DNA from: Minisyncoccota bacterium
Lineage (GTDB): Bacteria; Patescibacteriota; Minisyncoccia; Phycocordibacterales; UBA5272
Reading direction: 5' to 3'
DNA: 64,000 nt
NCBI GenBank assembly: GCA_046350775.1
Contig: JAXLZS010000001.1
Span: 287,930-351,929 of the forward strand
Below are positions 45,758 through 55,578 of this stretch, piece after piece (positions within the stretch are counted from its first letter, which is position 1; each line of letters starts with the position of its first letter). The notes below the pieces were generated by a model. That model saw nothing but the letters and a program-made list of their open reading frames with translations, was not told the DNA's origin and searched no databases. The translations under genes and the position numbers were made by a program.

Positions 45758-46774
45758 CTAATAAACCAATTCTTCTTCTTTAATTTTTTCTATTTTATCT
45801 AAAATAAATCTACCAATATCTACACCAGAATTTTCTAAAATAAAATTAAATCTTGACCCTTCAGCTAAATGAGGATTGGTATGTATTTCTATTATTTTAA
45901 TATCAAAATCATTTTTATTTTTTTTATTTTGACTAATACAAATATCTAATAAGATATGATTATCAAGAGCCAAAGACTGATGTATATCTCTAGCTAATTT
46001 TCTTAATTTTTTCTTTAAAGACTCATCGAGATGAGTCATGCTTAGCTTGTGATGAGCGTGATCTATCAAATACTTATCTTTCATTTCTTTACCGTTTATA
46101 AATCTAACTTGCGCTTCAGCATTTACAGTCTCTATGGGAGTTGGTATGTACAGATCTTCCCCTCTGTAATTTGGAATAACAGCCAAAGATACATATCTAC
46201 CGCTCAAATGTTCTTCTACTATTGCCTCGCTGCTTTTTTTAAAGATGTCCTTTATTTTTTTATAAGCTTCTAAAAATGAATGAGTTAAAAGACTTTTTTG
46301 GTTGGCTATATGTTTACCATCTTTTATCACAATAGGAGTGTGAAATTTACCCCAGATTTCTTTTAAATTATTTTCAAGATTTTTATCGTCACGAAATAGG
46401 AAATATTTAGGAAAATCAAAACCAAGTTGACCCAGTATTCTCTTTATGTTTGTACGAGATAAGACATTATTCATATCATTTTTAATGACGAACTTTACGT
46501 CCAATTTATTTGCCAAAGTATGATAATCTCCATCAAAAATATTAGTAAAATCCACATAATAGTCAGCCTGAGAAAATACTTTATGGGGATCGGAAGGTAT
46601 TCCTTTTTCAAACCAATTATTATTCTCATCTATGACCACATCTATAACATTTACATCTTCTCCGTATTTTAGTAAAGACAACAAGACATGAGCCCCACTT
46701 TTCATGGAGTTGTGATAATCTATCTTTCCGCCACGTAACACAGCTATAGTCTTTTTCTTGTTATCTTTTGACAT
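45758..46774 (-). CDS. ddl: ATP-grasp enzyme, most likely D-alanine--D-alanine ligase
   Basis: N-terminal IAVLRGGKIDYHNSMKSGAHVL resembles Ddl (IAVLFGGRSAEHEVSLQSA), with an ATP-grasp C-terminal half. Confidence 0.6.
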   Translation of the reverse strand: MSKDNKKKTIAVLRGGKIDYHNSMKSGAHVLLSLLKYGEDVNVIDVVIDENNNWFEKGIPSDPHKVFSQADYYVDFTNIFDGDYHTLANKLDVKFVIKNDMNNVLSRTNIKRILGQLGFDFPKYFLFRDDKNLENNLKEIWGKFHTPIVIKDGKHIANQKSLLTHSFLEAYKKIKDIFKKSSEAIVEEHLSGRYVSLAVIPNYRGEDLYIPTPIETVNAEAQVRFINGKEMKDKYLIDHAHHKLSMTHLDESLKKKLRKLARDIHQSLALDNHILLDICISQNKKNKNDFDIKIIEIHTNPHLAEGSRFNFILENSGVDIGRFILDKIEKIKEEELVY

Positions 46775-46819
46775 AATATTTTCTTGTATAAATTATATCA
46801 TAAGAGCTTTATGGTATTT

Positions 46820-47212
46820 TTATAAGCTAAGTAAAAAATGTTCCTTTGTATTTTTTGTTGGAGATACGTCAAATATTTCTTTTGGAGATAAAACCAAAAC
46901 TCCCCTCACAACTCTTTCTGGTAAAATTTGCTTTACAAATTCTACTGTCTTGTCAAATTTTTCACCTTCATTTTCATATTTAGCTTTACATTTTATCTGA
47001 TAACCAAAAAGATCCTTCCAAGCCACAAAAGACACATTTTCATTTTGAATTATATTTTTTACAGTCTTATCCATAAAATAGTCGACTAGCCATATTTCAT
47101 CACCCTCCACTTTTACGGTGGATACTGGCACGACATTTATATCTTGATTTGCGTAAGTAGCCAAAGCTTTTGAGTCTGCTATCATCAAAAACTTTTTTAC
47201 ATAATCTTGCAT
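46820..47212 (-). CDS. pyridoxamine 5'-phosphate oxidase-like FMN-binding split-barrel protein
   Basis: 130 aa with a PNPOx-like pattern (NVVPVSTVKVEGDEIWLVDYFMDKTVKNIIQNENVSFVAW). Confidence 0.5.
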   Translation of the reverse strand: MQDYVKKFLMIADSKALATYANQDINVVPVSTVKVEGDEIWLVDYFMDKTVKNIIQNENVSFVAWKDLFGYQIKCKAKYENEGEKFDKTVEFVKQILPERVVRGVLVLSPKEIFDVSPTKNTKEHFLLSL

Positions 47213-47229
47213 ATTATTTATTTTATTTT

Positions 47230-48984
47230 TTAGGCTTCACAAGACAAACAAAGTGTACCATCTTCTTGTCTTATGATATTATATTTTGGCTTATTTTCCT
47301 CATTACCAGATTGATTCTTATCACTCATATTTTGCATCTTTTTTCTGTTAAACTGCTGAGCAGCATTCATGCTATGTTGATAATATAGCGTCTTTACTCC
47401 CATCTCCCAGGCTTTTATATAAAAAGCATTTATGTCTTTAGCTGGAGTAGAAGGATCAACCATGAGATTTAAAGATTGACCTTGATCAATATATTTCTGT
47501 CTATCTGCAGCCTGCTCTATAATGACTTTTTGGTCTATTTCTGGAAAGGTTTTAAACACATTCTTTTCTTTTTCCGAGAGGAAATCTAAATGCATGACTG
47601 AGCCATCATTTTCTAAAATGCTTTTCCATACATCATCAGTGTTTTTATCTTTTTCTATTAAAAGTTTTTCTAAAAATTTATTTCTAAAAGTTATTTTTAT
47701 TTTTTCTAGATCTTTCACAAAACAATTTGAAAATAGAGGCTCTATACCCTGAGATACTTGTCCCAAAATAAATGATGATGAAGTGGTAGGCGCAATAGCT
47801 AACAAAGTAGTATTTCTTCTACCGTAACCCTTCAATATCTCTGGCTCTCCATACTGATTAGCTAATTCTTTTGAAGCGCTATAGGCTTTCTCATTTATAA
47901 ATTTAAAAATATCTATATTTAGTTTTTTAGCTTCTTCGCTCTCAAAAGCGATCATTTTGCTTTGAAGTAGTGAGTGCCAACCAAGTACTCCTAGACCCAA
48001 AGCTCTATTTTCTTTAGCAAAATTATAAGCTCTTTCCATAAACAAGAAAGATTGTCTGTCTCTAGGATCTTCACTATCACGCTTTTTCTCTAGCTTTACG
48101 ACAAAATCTTCAATCACAGCATCAAGAAATGCCACCATGGTCTCTACAGCGTCTGTATTTTTTATTTCATCAAAATGAAATAGATTTATAGATGATAGAC
48201 AGCATACAAATGACCATTTTTCATTACTTGGTAAAAGTATCTCACTACACAGATTACTTGCATAGATTTTTATATTTTTATCTTTATAGACATCTACTGT
48301 ATTATTATTCACTGTGTCTGAAAAAAGAATATAAGGATATCCTATCTGAGTTCTTCTTTGTATGACTTTCGCCCAAATATTTCTCTTTACTTCATCTCCG
48401 GCTATCATATCCTTAAACCAAGCATCAGATACTGTCACAGCATAAGTAGATTCTTGAATCTTATCTCCTTCTGTACCAATATTAAGAAACTCTTCTATAT
48501 CTGGATGCTCTATTGGCAGATAAAGAGCAACATGACCTCTTCTAGCAGATCCTTGAGAGATGACATTGGTAGCGGTGTCAAACATTTGCATAAAGTGTAC
48601 TGACCCAGATGATGTACCGTTGTTTTTAATTTTTGCTCCACGTCCTCTCACCTCTCCAAAATATGCAGAAGTTCCTCCACCTAATTTTGTCATTGTACCT
48701 ATCTCAGATAAAGTAAAAAGTATTTGTCCCATATCATCACCAACATAAGAGCCAAAACAAGATATCGGCAATCCTCTATCAAGACCAAAATTAAGCCAGA
48801 CAGGAGTAGAAAGAGAATAAAATCCACGTGACATATAATCATAAAATTTATCCGCAAAACCCTCTTTATTCAGAAGTTTTTCGGCGTGTTTTGCTATCTC
48901 TTTTATTCTTTCTTCTGGAGACACTCCAGGTAAAAGATAATCTTTTACTAAAAATTTTCTACTATATTCATTGAGCCAATACAT
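47230..48984 (-). CDS. nrdA: ribonucleotide reductase class I large (alpha) subunit lacking an N-terminal ATP-cone
   Basis: Active-site NLCSEI, the CCLSSINL cysteine, and a C-terminal redox-active cysteine pair (GTLCLSCEA). It is 584 aa and begins directly in the catalytic barrel. Confidence 0.85.
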   Translation of the reverse strand: MYWLNEYSRKFLVKDYLLPGVSPEERIKEIAKHAEKLLNKEGFADKFYDYMSRGFYSLSTPVWLNFGLDRGLPISCFGSYVGDDMGQILFTLSEIGTMTKLGGGTSAYFGEVRGRGAKIKNNGTSSGSVHFMQMFDTATNVISQGSARRGHVALYLPIEHPDIEEFLNIGTEGDKIQESTYAVTVSDAWFKDMIAGDEVKRNIWAKVIQRRTQIGYPYILFSDTVNNNTVDVYKDKNIKIYASNLCSEILLPSNEKWSFVCCLSSINLFHFDEIKNTDAVETMVAFLDAVIEDFVVKLEKKRDSEDPRDRQSFLFMERAYNFAKENRALGLGVLGWHSLLQSKMIAFESEEAKKLNIDIFKFINEKAYSASKELANQYGEPEILKGYGRRNTTLLAIAPTTSSSFILGQVSQGIEPLFSNCFVKDLEKIKITFRNKFLEKLLIEKDKNTDDVWKSILENDGSVMHLDFLSEKEKNVFKTFPEIDQKVIIEQAADRQKYIDQGQSLNLMVDPSTPAKDINAFYIKAWEMGVKTLYYQHSMNAAQQFNRKKMQNMSDKNQSGNEENKPKYNIIRQEDGTLCLSCEA

Positions 48985-49032
48985 ATTTTTATTATTTTAA
49001 TTTTATAAATTTTCTGATAATATTTTTAATTC

Positions 49033-50379
49033 CTAAAATAGATCATCTCCTGTGATACTCTGACTTCTCTTGTTGTAATTTATTGATTTCTTTTGAAAGA
49101 AGTCTACATGTTTTGTCACTATCACCTCTTCATTAAACCAATTTGTCTCTTCCAATAATTTATTATCTACTTCAAAAATTCTTGGTAATCCTATACTGTC
49201 TAGAGAATTATTTAGTCTATTTTTAATAAATTCTAAGATTGTAGTTTTTGATAAAAAGTCGAGCTCTCCAGCCTCTAAAATCCAATCTACCACTATCTTT
49301 TCTGATTCGTAAGCTTCTTGGCATGCTTTGATAATAGTATTATTATATTCTTCGTCAAACCACTCTGGATGCTCTTTTTTAATTATATTTATGAGATCTA
49401 TACCAAAGAGACCATGAATCTGTTCTTCTTTTGAAGTTGCCTCTATAGCATTTGATATTCCAGCAAAAATTGATTTCCTTTTATTAAATGACATAATGAC
49501 TAAAAACTGAGAAAAGAGTGAGACATGCTCAATAAACAATGAAAACAAAAGTACTGAAAGTGCATAATCTTTATTGTCTTCACTTCTGGCATTGGCTATA
49601 CTTTTATCCAAATATTTCACTCTTTCCATCAATGCTGGTATATCTTTTATTTTTGAAAATTCTTCATTGAGACCAAGTAATTCTAAAAGATGCGCATAAG
49701 CATCTGTGTGTCTGACTTCACTTTCAGCAAAAGTGGCTCCCACGGCACCTATCTCTGGCTTTGGCATTTTTTTATAAATATCTCCCCAGAAACTTTTCAC
49801 CGCGACTTCTATTTGAGCAATAGCTAGCATTGAATTTTTAATTGCATTTCTTTCTACATCACTTACATTGACTTTAAAATCTTGTATATCTTTTAAAAAA
49901 TTAAATTCAGTATGGAGCCAATAAGAATGACGTATGGCACTCACATATTCATAAAGCTCCGGATATTCGTATGGTTTTAAATTTGTCCTTTTTGCAAATA
50001 TATCTCTCTTGCGCATCTTAGCTCTTTCGTCTCTATAGATAATATACGCCTTGGCTACAGTATGAAATTCTGAAGACATGAGAGACTCCTCCACCACATC
50101 TTGAATATCTTCTATCCAAAATGTCCCATTAGACATGTCTAATGTTTTTTTATCTATATCTTCACTATTTTTTTCTATCTTGCTTTTTGCTTCTTCTACT
50201 TTTTTCTCAAGAGAGACTGCGACTTTTTCTGCTACTTTTATCCCCTCTTCCAGAGTACCAGTCTCTACCGAAGACATTGCTTTATATATAGCATTGACTA
50301 TCTTTTCAATATCAAACTTTTGTAGACTTTCGTCTCTCTTTTTTACATATTTTAAATCTGTATTCACAAAAGGACTCAT
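49033..50379 (-). CDS. nrdB: ribonucleotide reductase small (beta, radical-generating) subunit with an N-terminal ATP-cone domain
   Basis: ATP-cone VKKRDESLQKFDIEKIVNAIYKA...YIIYRDERA. The ferritin-like core has three ExxH sites (ESEVRHTDAY, FIEHVSLF, KEEQIHGLFG), and the C-terminal tail is ...SITGDDLF. Confidence 0.8.
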   Translation of the reverse strand: MSPFVNTDLKYVKKRDESLQKFDIEKIVNAIYKAMSSVETGTLEEGIKVAEKVAVSLEKKVEEAKSKIEKNSEDIDKKTLDMSNGTFWIEDIQDVVEESLMSSEFHTVAKAYIIYRDERAKMRKRDIFAKRTNLKPYEYPELYEYVSAIRHSYWLHTEFNFLKDIQDFKVNVSDVERNAIKNSMLAIAQIEVAVKSFWGDIYKKMPKPEIGAVGATFAESEVRHTDAYAHLLELLGLNEEFSKIKDIPALMERVKYLDKSIANARSEDNKDYALSVLLFSLFIEHVSLFSQFLVIMSFNKRKSIFAGISNAIEATSKEEQIHGLFGIDLINIIKKEHPEWFDEEYNNTIIKACQEAYESEKIVVDWILEAGELDFLSKTTILEFIKNRLNNSLDSIGLPRIFEVDNKLLEETNWFNEEVIVTKHVDFFQKKSINYNKRSQSITGDDLF

Positions 50380-50497
50380 AAATTTATTTTAATTAAAGCT
50401 AATAAATTAAAAAGCTTGGGTGAAAAAACAAACATACTTACGATTTATATATCTTACAATATTTTTTATATTTTTCTTAAAATACAAAAAAATAAAA

Positions 50498-50519
50498 ATC
50501 ACTTATTTGACAAAGTGAT
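50498..50519. promoter_or_regulatory. inverted repeat ATCACTT-N8-AAGTGAT upstream of nrdB-nrdA (operator candidate)
   Basis: Read directly. It lies between a minus-strand TTGACA (50557-50562) and a second candidate promoter (TTGTAA...TATGTT) nearer the ATG. Confidence 0.4.
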
Positions 50520-50576
50520 AATTTATTGTAACTACAAAATATTTTAGAAAAAGACCTGTCAAGTAATGAGTAAATC

Positions 50577-51842
50577 TTAGCTTTTTTTGATTTTATTTCT
50601 TAAGAATTTATGATAGGAAATAGCAAATCTGTGAGCTTCTAAATTTGCTAAAATTATAAATCTATTGTAATCTTGATTTTTTGATTTTTCCACAAGATTT
50701 TCATAAAGGACCTCCCTCGCCCTATGTTTATCGTCTTTAACTACTGACACAAGTTTTATATTTTTATATTCTATGAATTTTCTAGCAAAATTTAGATGAG
50801 TCTTTCCTCCATCTATCACCACAATATCAGGATAAGACCACTCACTATGCTTAAATCTTCTTTTTAATAACTCTTCTAATCCACCAAGATCGTCATTTAC
50901 TTTTTCAGAAAGTTTAAATTTTTTATATTCGCTCTTTTTATATTCCAGCTCACCATTAATTATCTCAAATCGACACATGACACCCACTCTATATGATCCA
51001 GATATGTGTGCCACATCAAACGATTCAAGAGTTAAAGCTGTATTCTTATCTTTAAACATATTTTGATTGGTTTTTATAAGAGATAAATCGTTTAGATGAT
51101 TTAGAGAAAATATTTTATCTCTTATCTTGCCAGCTTCTTCGAATTTTTTTTCTTTAGACTCTTTTTTCATTTCTTTTTCTAAAGATTTTAAAATAGATTT
51201 TGTATCTCCATCCAAGATTTTTTCTAGAGCTTTTATATTTTTTGCATAATTTGTTTTTGAAATTTTTCCAATACAAACTCCAGGACAGAGTCCTATCTGA
51301 TAATTAAAGCAACCTCTTTTTTCTCCTGTCTTACATTTATCTCGATATGGGAAAATTTTTCTCAAAATCTTCATGATAGATACCAGCTCTGCTTTTGAGA
51401 CAAAAGGTCCGAATCTTTTCCCTATTTCAATATCATGAGACTCGTCTATTTCTTTTTCCCTCATTATTAAAACTCTAGGAAATTCTTCTTTAGTAATAAC
51501 AATAAAAGAATGACTTTTATCATCTTTTTCTTTAGTATTAAAAAATGGAGAATATTTTTTAATATATTTTGATTCCAAAATTATCGCCTCAAGTACAGAG
51601 CTGGTCTCAACAAAAAATAATCCTTTTGCATTTTCTACCATGCTACGTATTTTTACACCTCTAGTATTTATGAGATCAGAAGAAAAATAGCTGCCGACTC
51701 TGTCTTTGAGACTTGTCGCCTTACCGATATATAGGATGTTTTCTTTTTTTGGAAAAGATGAATTGGATCCTTTTTTATCAAGAAAGAAATATACTCCTGG
51801 CTTTTCAGGTAATTTATACTTTTTAAAATCCTCTTTTTTCAT
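50577..51842 (-). CDS. uvrC: excinuclease ABC subunit C-like protein, short form (GIY-YIG nuclease + Cys-rich region + endonuclease domain, no obvious C-terminal HhH pair)
   Basis: GIY-YIG core PGVYFFLD...ILYIGKATSLKDRVGSYF, Cys cluster CKTGEKRGCFNYQIGLCPGVC, and 421 aa versus about 600 for canonical UvrC. Confidence 0.65.
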   Translation of the reverse strand: MKKEDFKKYKLPEKPGVYFFLDKKGSNSSFPKKENILYIGKATSLKDRVGSYFSSDLINTRGVKIRSMVENAKGLFFVETSSVLEAIILESKYIKKYSPFFNTKEKDDKSHSFIVITKEEFPRVLIMREKEIDESHDIEIGKRFGPFVSKAELVSIMKILRKIFPYRDKCKTGEKRGCFNYQIGLCPGVCIGKISKTNYAKNIKALEKILDGDTKSILKSLEKEMKKESKEKKFEEAGKIRDKIFSLNHLNDLSLIKTNQNMFKDKNTALTLESFDVAHISGSYRVGVMCRFEIINGELEYKKSEYKKFKLSEKVNDDLGGLEELLKRRFKHSEWSYPDIVVIDGGKTHLNFARKFIEYKNIKLVSVVKDDKHRAREVLYENLVEKSKNQDYNRFIILANLEAHRFAISYHKFLRNKIKKS

Positions 51843-51879
51843 GTGCTTAATATAGCAAAAATAAGATATTTAATAAAAT

Positions 51880-51912
51880 AAAAAAAGACAACGTATAAGC
51901 TGTCTTTTTTAA
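51880..51912. terminator. bidirectional terminator
   Basis: AGACAAC-GTATAA-GCTGTCT hairpin (one mismatch) flanked by A6 and T6. Confidence 0.55.
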
Positions 51913-51917
51913 ACTCT

Positions 51918-52469
51918 TCACTTGATATAAGGCGGAAGTGATTTCTGTTGCATCGAAAAATTAAAGGAATTTCTATTTTGTTTTACTGCCAAAAAAAGAG
52001 TGCTTTTATCATAATGATCCCCTTTGGAATAGAAGCCCAGCTCCACACCTCTCTTTGTTGAAATAATCCTCGGATTAAGTGGGTACGGAATTTTTATTAT
52101 TGTATCCAAAGCTAATACATCAAAATCCTCAAATCCGGAAATAAAATTACCTTTTTTCATAATTTCCCTAAACATTAACAAGTGAAGCAAATCTCCCGAT
52201 AAAAAACCTTCTTTTGCGCATAAATTAAGAACATAATCATATCTCAACAGCATTGGATATGTCTCTTCAGAGATTATACAAAAAGGTACGTTTCTATCCA
52301 AAATAGAATAATCAAAATACCCGACAGAATTGTAAAAGCCATGAACAGAATCATATTCTCCTTTCTTTATCAATTGCGAAAGAGATAAACCTGGCTCCAT
52401 GTTAAGAACACCTTCATGAATTATTTTCATAATTACAATTTTTAGATTTGAAAAATAAAAACTAACCAA
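51918..52469 (-). CDS. hypothetical protein (183 aa)
   Basis: ORF downstream of the HEPN-like membrane protein gene; no motif recognised. Confidence 0.4.
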   Translation of the reverse strand: MVSFYFSNLKIVIMKIIHEGVLNMEPGLSLSQLIKKGEYDSVHGFYNSVGYFDYSILDRNVPFCIISEETYPMLLRYDYVLNLCAKEGFLSGDLLHLLMFREIMKKGNFISGFEDFDVLALDTIIKIPYPLNPRIISTKRGVELGFYSKGDHYDKSTLFLAVKQNRNSFNFSMQQKSLPPYIK

Positions 52470-52511
52470 ATAAAATTATAACACAATTTTATTTAAATGT
52501 AAACATAAAAA

Positions 52512-53705
52512 CTATTCAAAAACTTTTAATTCTGTGAAGACAGATCTAAATAATTCTAAAGTATTTCTCGCCATCCTATCTGTTAGGACAAATTTTGATC
52601 CGTCATGAGCGATCCTATTTCTCATTTTGTGTGCAGCCCAAGCAAGATCAAGAGTATTGAAATTTGCTGATTTCAATTTGTCAGATACAGTCATACCAGC
52701 ATATCCCCTGTCATCCAAAATATCACTAAGTAAATTGTCAGCCTCTAGTATACCAATACGCCAAAGAGCTTCTTCTTTACCTTCCATATAATTTATAATT
52801 ATATTCCATTTTTCTTTGTATCCTCTTTTTCGATTTTCAAACTCAAGATTTTGCATTTTGTTTATTCTGTCTGCACGCAAATTTTCTACCGACTCAATAT
52901 TTTTATTTTTTTCTTGATTAAAATCCTTAACGTCATCATCTATTTTAATTTTTATTAAATTTTTACTTTTTAAATTATTTTTTGGAACATAATTTAAAAG
53001 TAGATTATTCTCTATTTCAATTTTTTCATCCATTTCTCTTACCTCTTCTTTTGTAAAATCTTCTCGCTCTATTGGTAGACCCATGATGCCAGCCGGAAAA
53101 TCTTCTGCCACTTTTTCTTCAAATTTTTTTATTTCTTTTGGCACTTCTGAAATCCTCTGATTTTCAAGATCAGATTTAATTTTTTCTTGTTGTTCTAGCC
53201 AGACTTTTTCTTTTTCAGATTTTTTGAGAGCTTTAGCTTCGTCTCTAGCTTTTTGTTTTTTTTCTTTTATTGGAGTCATTGTTCTTATAAACCATTTAAA
53301 TAATCCATAAATTAAAAACATCATCGCAAAAAAAGCAACCACACTAACTACGTCTGCACAAAAAGAGAGAATTGGGTTTTGTATAGAAAAATGTAAATTT
53401 TTAAACCAAGGATCATTGCTGGCTTGTGAAGCTGAAAAGTCTGCGTTTGGGAAAATACGACTCCACCAATGTGAACTAGAATTACCCAAATATACCAAAC
53501 CATCAGATGATGGTACTGGTGATATAGATGTATCTGGAGTACCTATCCATCCTCTAGCTATAAGACCATCATAAGTATCACTTTTATGATCAGCTATATA
53601 GTCAGCAGGATTAATCCTTAATATCCAAAATAAAATAGCATAACGAATAGCCAAAAGAACATTGTAGGCCACATTAAAGATGTAATCAAAATTAAAAGAA
53701 TACAT
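52512..53705 (-). CDS. membrane-anchored protein with a Lys/Glu-rich coiled-coil middle and a C-terminal HEPN-superfamily (DUF4145-like) domain
   Basis: TM segments near residues 10-30 and 135-160. The C-terminus ALWRIGILEADNLLSDILDD...LDLAWAAHKMRNRIAHDGSKF...ARNTLELFRSVF carries Rx4H (RNRIAH), which is the HEPN signature and resembles the DUF4145 core. Confidence 0.45.
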   Translation of the reverse strand: MYSFNFDYIFNVAYNVLLAIRYAILFWILRINPADYIADHKSDTYDGLIARGWIGTPDTSISPVPSSDGLVYLGNSSSHWWSRIFPNADFSASQASNDPWFKNLHFSIQNPILSFCADVVSVVAFFAMMFLIYGLFKWFIRTMTPIKEKKQKARDEAKALKKSEKEKVWLEQQEKIKSDLENQRISEVPKEIKKFEEKVAEDFPAGIMGLPIEREDFTKEEVREMDEKIEIENNLLLNYVPKNNLKSKNLIKIKIDDDVKDFNQEKNKNIESVENLRADRINKMQNLEFENRKRGYKEKWNIIINYMEGKEEALWRIGILEADNLLSDILDDRGYAGMTVSDKLKSANFNTLDLAWAAHKMRNRIAHDGSKFVLTDRMARNTLELFRSVFTELKVFE

Positions 53706-53775
53706 GAAAATATTTATTGATTTCTATTTAATTCAATTATATCACAAATGAATTTTTAGAGTTTTTTCAAAGTAA

Positions 53776-55206
53776 TTATAAAATACTCTCTAAATCTTTG
53801 GCTATTTTAAATAGCTTTTTATCTTCAAATAAATCAGCCACAAGATGTATACCTTTTGGTAAATTATTTTCATTTACCTGACTTCTTTTAGTAGTTGGTA
53901 CAGAAATAGCTGGTGCGCCAATAATGTTGGCAGGAACAGTGAACAGATCAACCAGATACATTTGTAAAGGATCATTAATCTCACCAAACTTCCAAGGTTT
54001 TACGGCACTTGCCGGTGTCAGAATAGCGTCCACTTTTTCAAAAGCTTTTTTAAATTGCATCTTTAAAACCTCTCGAGCGGTCACGGCCTTATTATAATAA
54101 GCATCAAAATATCCGGCGCTCAAAATATAAGTGCCAAGTAAAATTCTTCTTCTCACTTCATCGCCTAGTCCAGCTGTACGAGAATTAATAAAATTTTGTA
54201 CAGTATTTTCTCCTGGTACTGAGAGTCCATATCTTACACCGTCATAGCGGCCCATATTTGAAGAAACTTCTGCTGGACATATCACATAATAAATAGCGAG
54301 AGCCTTGTCTATATCAGTTATATCTACTTCAATTATCTCATATCCTAAAGATTTAAAATTTTCAATTTGCTTTTCAAAATCTTTCCAGATATCACTATCT
54401 ATAGCATTTTTCATTTTATCTTCTAATAAAATCTTTGGTATACCGATTTTCTTTTTTAATTCAAAATTATTATTTTTAATTCTCACTTCTTCTGATATGC
54501 TTGTAGCATCATGCTCATCGTAAAATGATATAGCATCAAAAAGGCATTCAGCATCGTCTACGTTATTTGCAAATGGACCAATCTGATCCAGTGAAGAACC
54601 CATCGCCATGAGACCATATCTAGAGACAGATCCATATGTAGGCTTGAATCCTACAAGATTTGTAAAATTTGCTGGCAATCTGATAGATCCACCTGTATCA
54701 CTACCAAGTGATAATGGTACATATCCAGCAGAAACAGAAGCCGCTGACCCAGCACTTGATCCTCCCGGCACTCTTGATAGATCTATAGGATTTTTTGTAT
54801 TTCCAAAAGCAGAAGTCTCTCCTGAAGAGCCCATAGCAAACTCATCCATATTGGCATGTCCAATAAGTACAGCTCCCAATGATTTTAACTTAGTCACTAC
54901 ACTAGCATCATAGGTTGAAATATAATTTTCTAGCATCTTACTACCAGCGCAAGCTTTTTCGCCTTTTACTAAAATATTATCTTTTAACATTATTGGCACA
55001 CCTGTCAGCTTTGTCGCTCTGCCCTCATCAATCATCTTTTGAGCTTTTTCTATCTGATCATTTAAAAAATTATCAGAATAAAGACCAACTACAGCATTTA
55101 TGTCTTTATCATTTTGATTGATAATAGAGATAGATTCAGAGACTATATCTCTTACTGTTTTCTTTTTAGAAATCAACTCTTCGTGGATTTGTGATAATGT
55201 TTTCAT
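53776..55206 (-). CDS. gatA: Asp-tRNA(Asn)/Glu-tRNA(Gln) amidotransferase subunit A
   Basis: Amidase signature GGSSGGSAASVSAG with the Ser-cisSer-Lys triad context; 476 aa. Confidence 0.9.
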   Translation of the reverse strand: MKTLSQIHEELISKKKTVRDIVSESISIINQNDKDINAVVGLYSDNFLNDQIEKAQKMIDEGRATKLTGVPIMLKDNILVKGEKACAGSKMLENYISTYDASVVTKLKSLGAVLIGHANMDEFAMGSSGETSAFGNTKNPIDLSRVPGGSSAGSAASVSAGYVPLSLGSDTGGSIRLPANFTNLVGFKPTYGSVSRYGLMAMGSSLDQIGPFANNVDDAECLFDAISFYDEHDATSISEEVRIKNNNFELKKKIGIPKILLEDKMKNAIDSDIWKDFEKQIENFKSLGYEIIEVDITDIDKALAIYYVICPAEVSSNMGRYDGVRYGLSVPGENTVQNFINSRTAGLGDEVRRRILLGTYILSAGYFDAYYNKAVTAREVLKMQFKKAFEKVDAILTPASAVKPWKFGEINDPLQMYLVDLFTVPANIIGAPAISVPTTKRSQVNENNLPKGIHLVADLFEDKKLFKIAKDLESIL

Positions 55207-55207
55207 A

Positions 55208-55546
55208 TTATTTTTTATGTTTATCTAAGACTTGAGATACTTTTACAAAATCTTTTTCTCTAGCTGGCGCATCTTCTAGTAATATTTCAGTATTTGAACC
55301 TGGCTGATTTAAAACCAAATCATCTCTGACTCTATCTCTATTTTGAGAATCTAAAAATTGTTTACCATAATTTTCTCCACCACTAGATTCTACATTTCCG
55401 CTGGCCATCTCAGAGACTTGGCCAACGTAAGCAAGTATCTCTTTCATCTCTACTAAAAATTTTTCTTTTTCTTCTTCGGTCAAATTCAACCTAGAAAGCA
55501 TCGCCACATTTTCCAAATCCTTTTTTGTAAATTCTATATTAGACAT
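55208..55546 (-). CDS. gatC: Asp-tRNA(Asn)/Glu-tRNA(Gln) amidotransferase subunit C
   Basis: N-terminal LENVAMLSRLNLTEEEKEKFLVEMKEILAYV typical of GatC, directly upstream of gatA. Confidence 0.7.
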   Translation of the reverse strand: MSNIEFTKKDLENVAMLSRLNLTEEEKEKFLVEMKEILAYVGQVSEMASGNVESSGGENYGKQFLDSQNRDRVRDDLVLNQPGSNTEILLEDAPAREKDFVKVSQVLDKHKK

Positions 55547-55578
55547 ATATTTATAAATCTATTCTATCAAAAAAAAGT

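Noticed and set aside
54608-54913. Relatively GC-rich antisense ORF within gatA.
   Set aside because: It is a mirror of the conserved amidase-signature region of gatA, not an independent gene.
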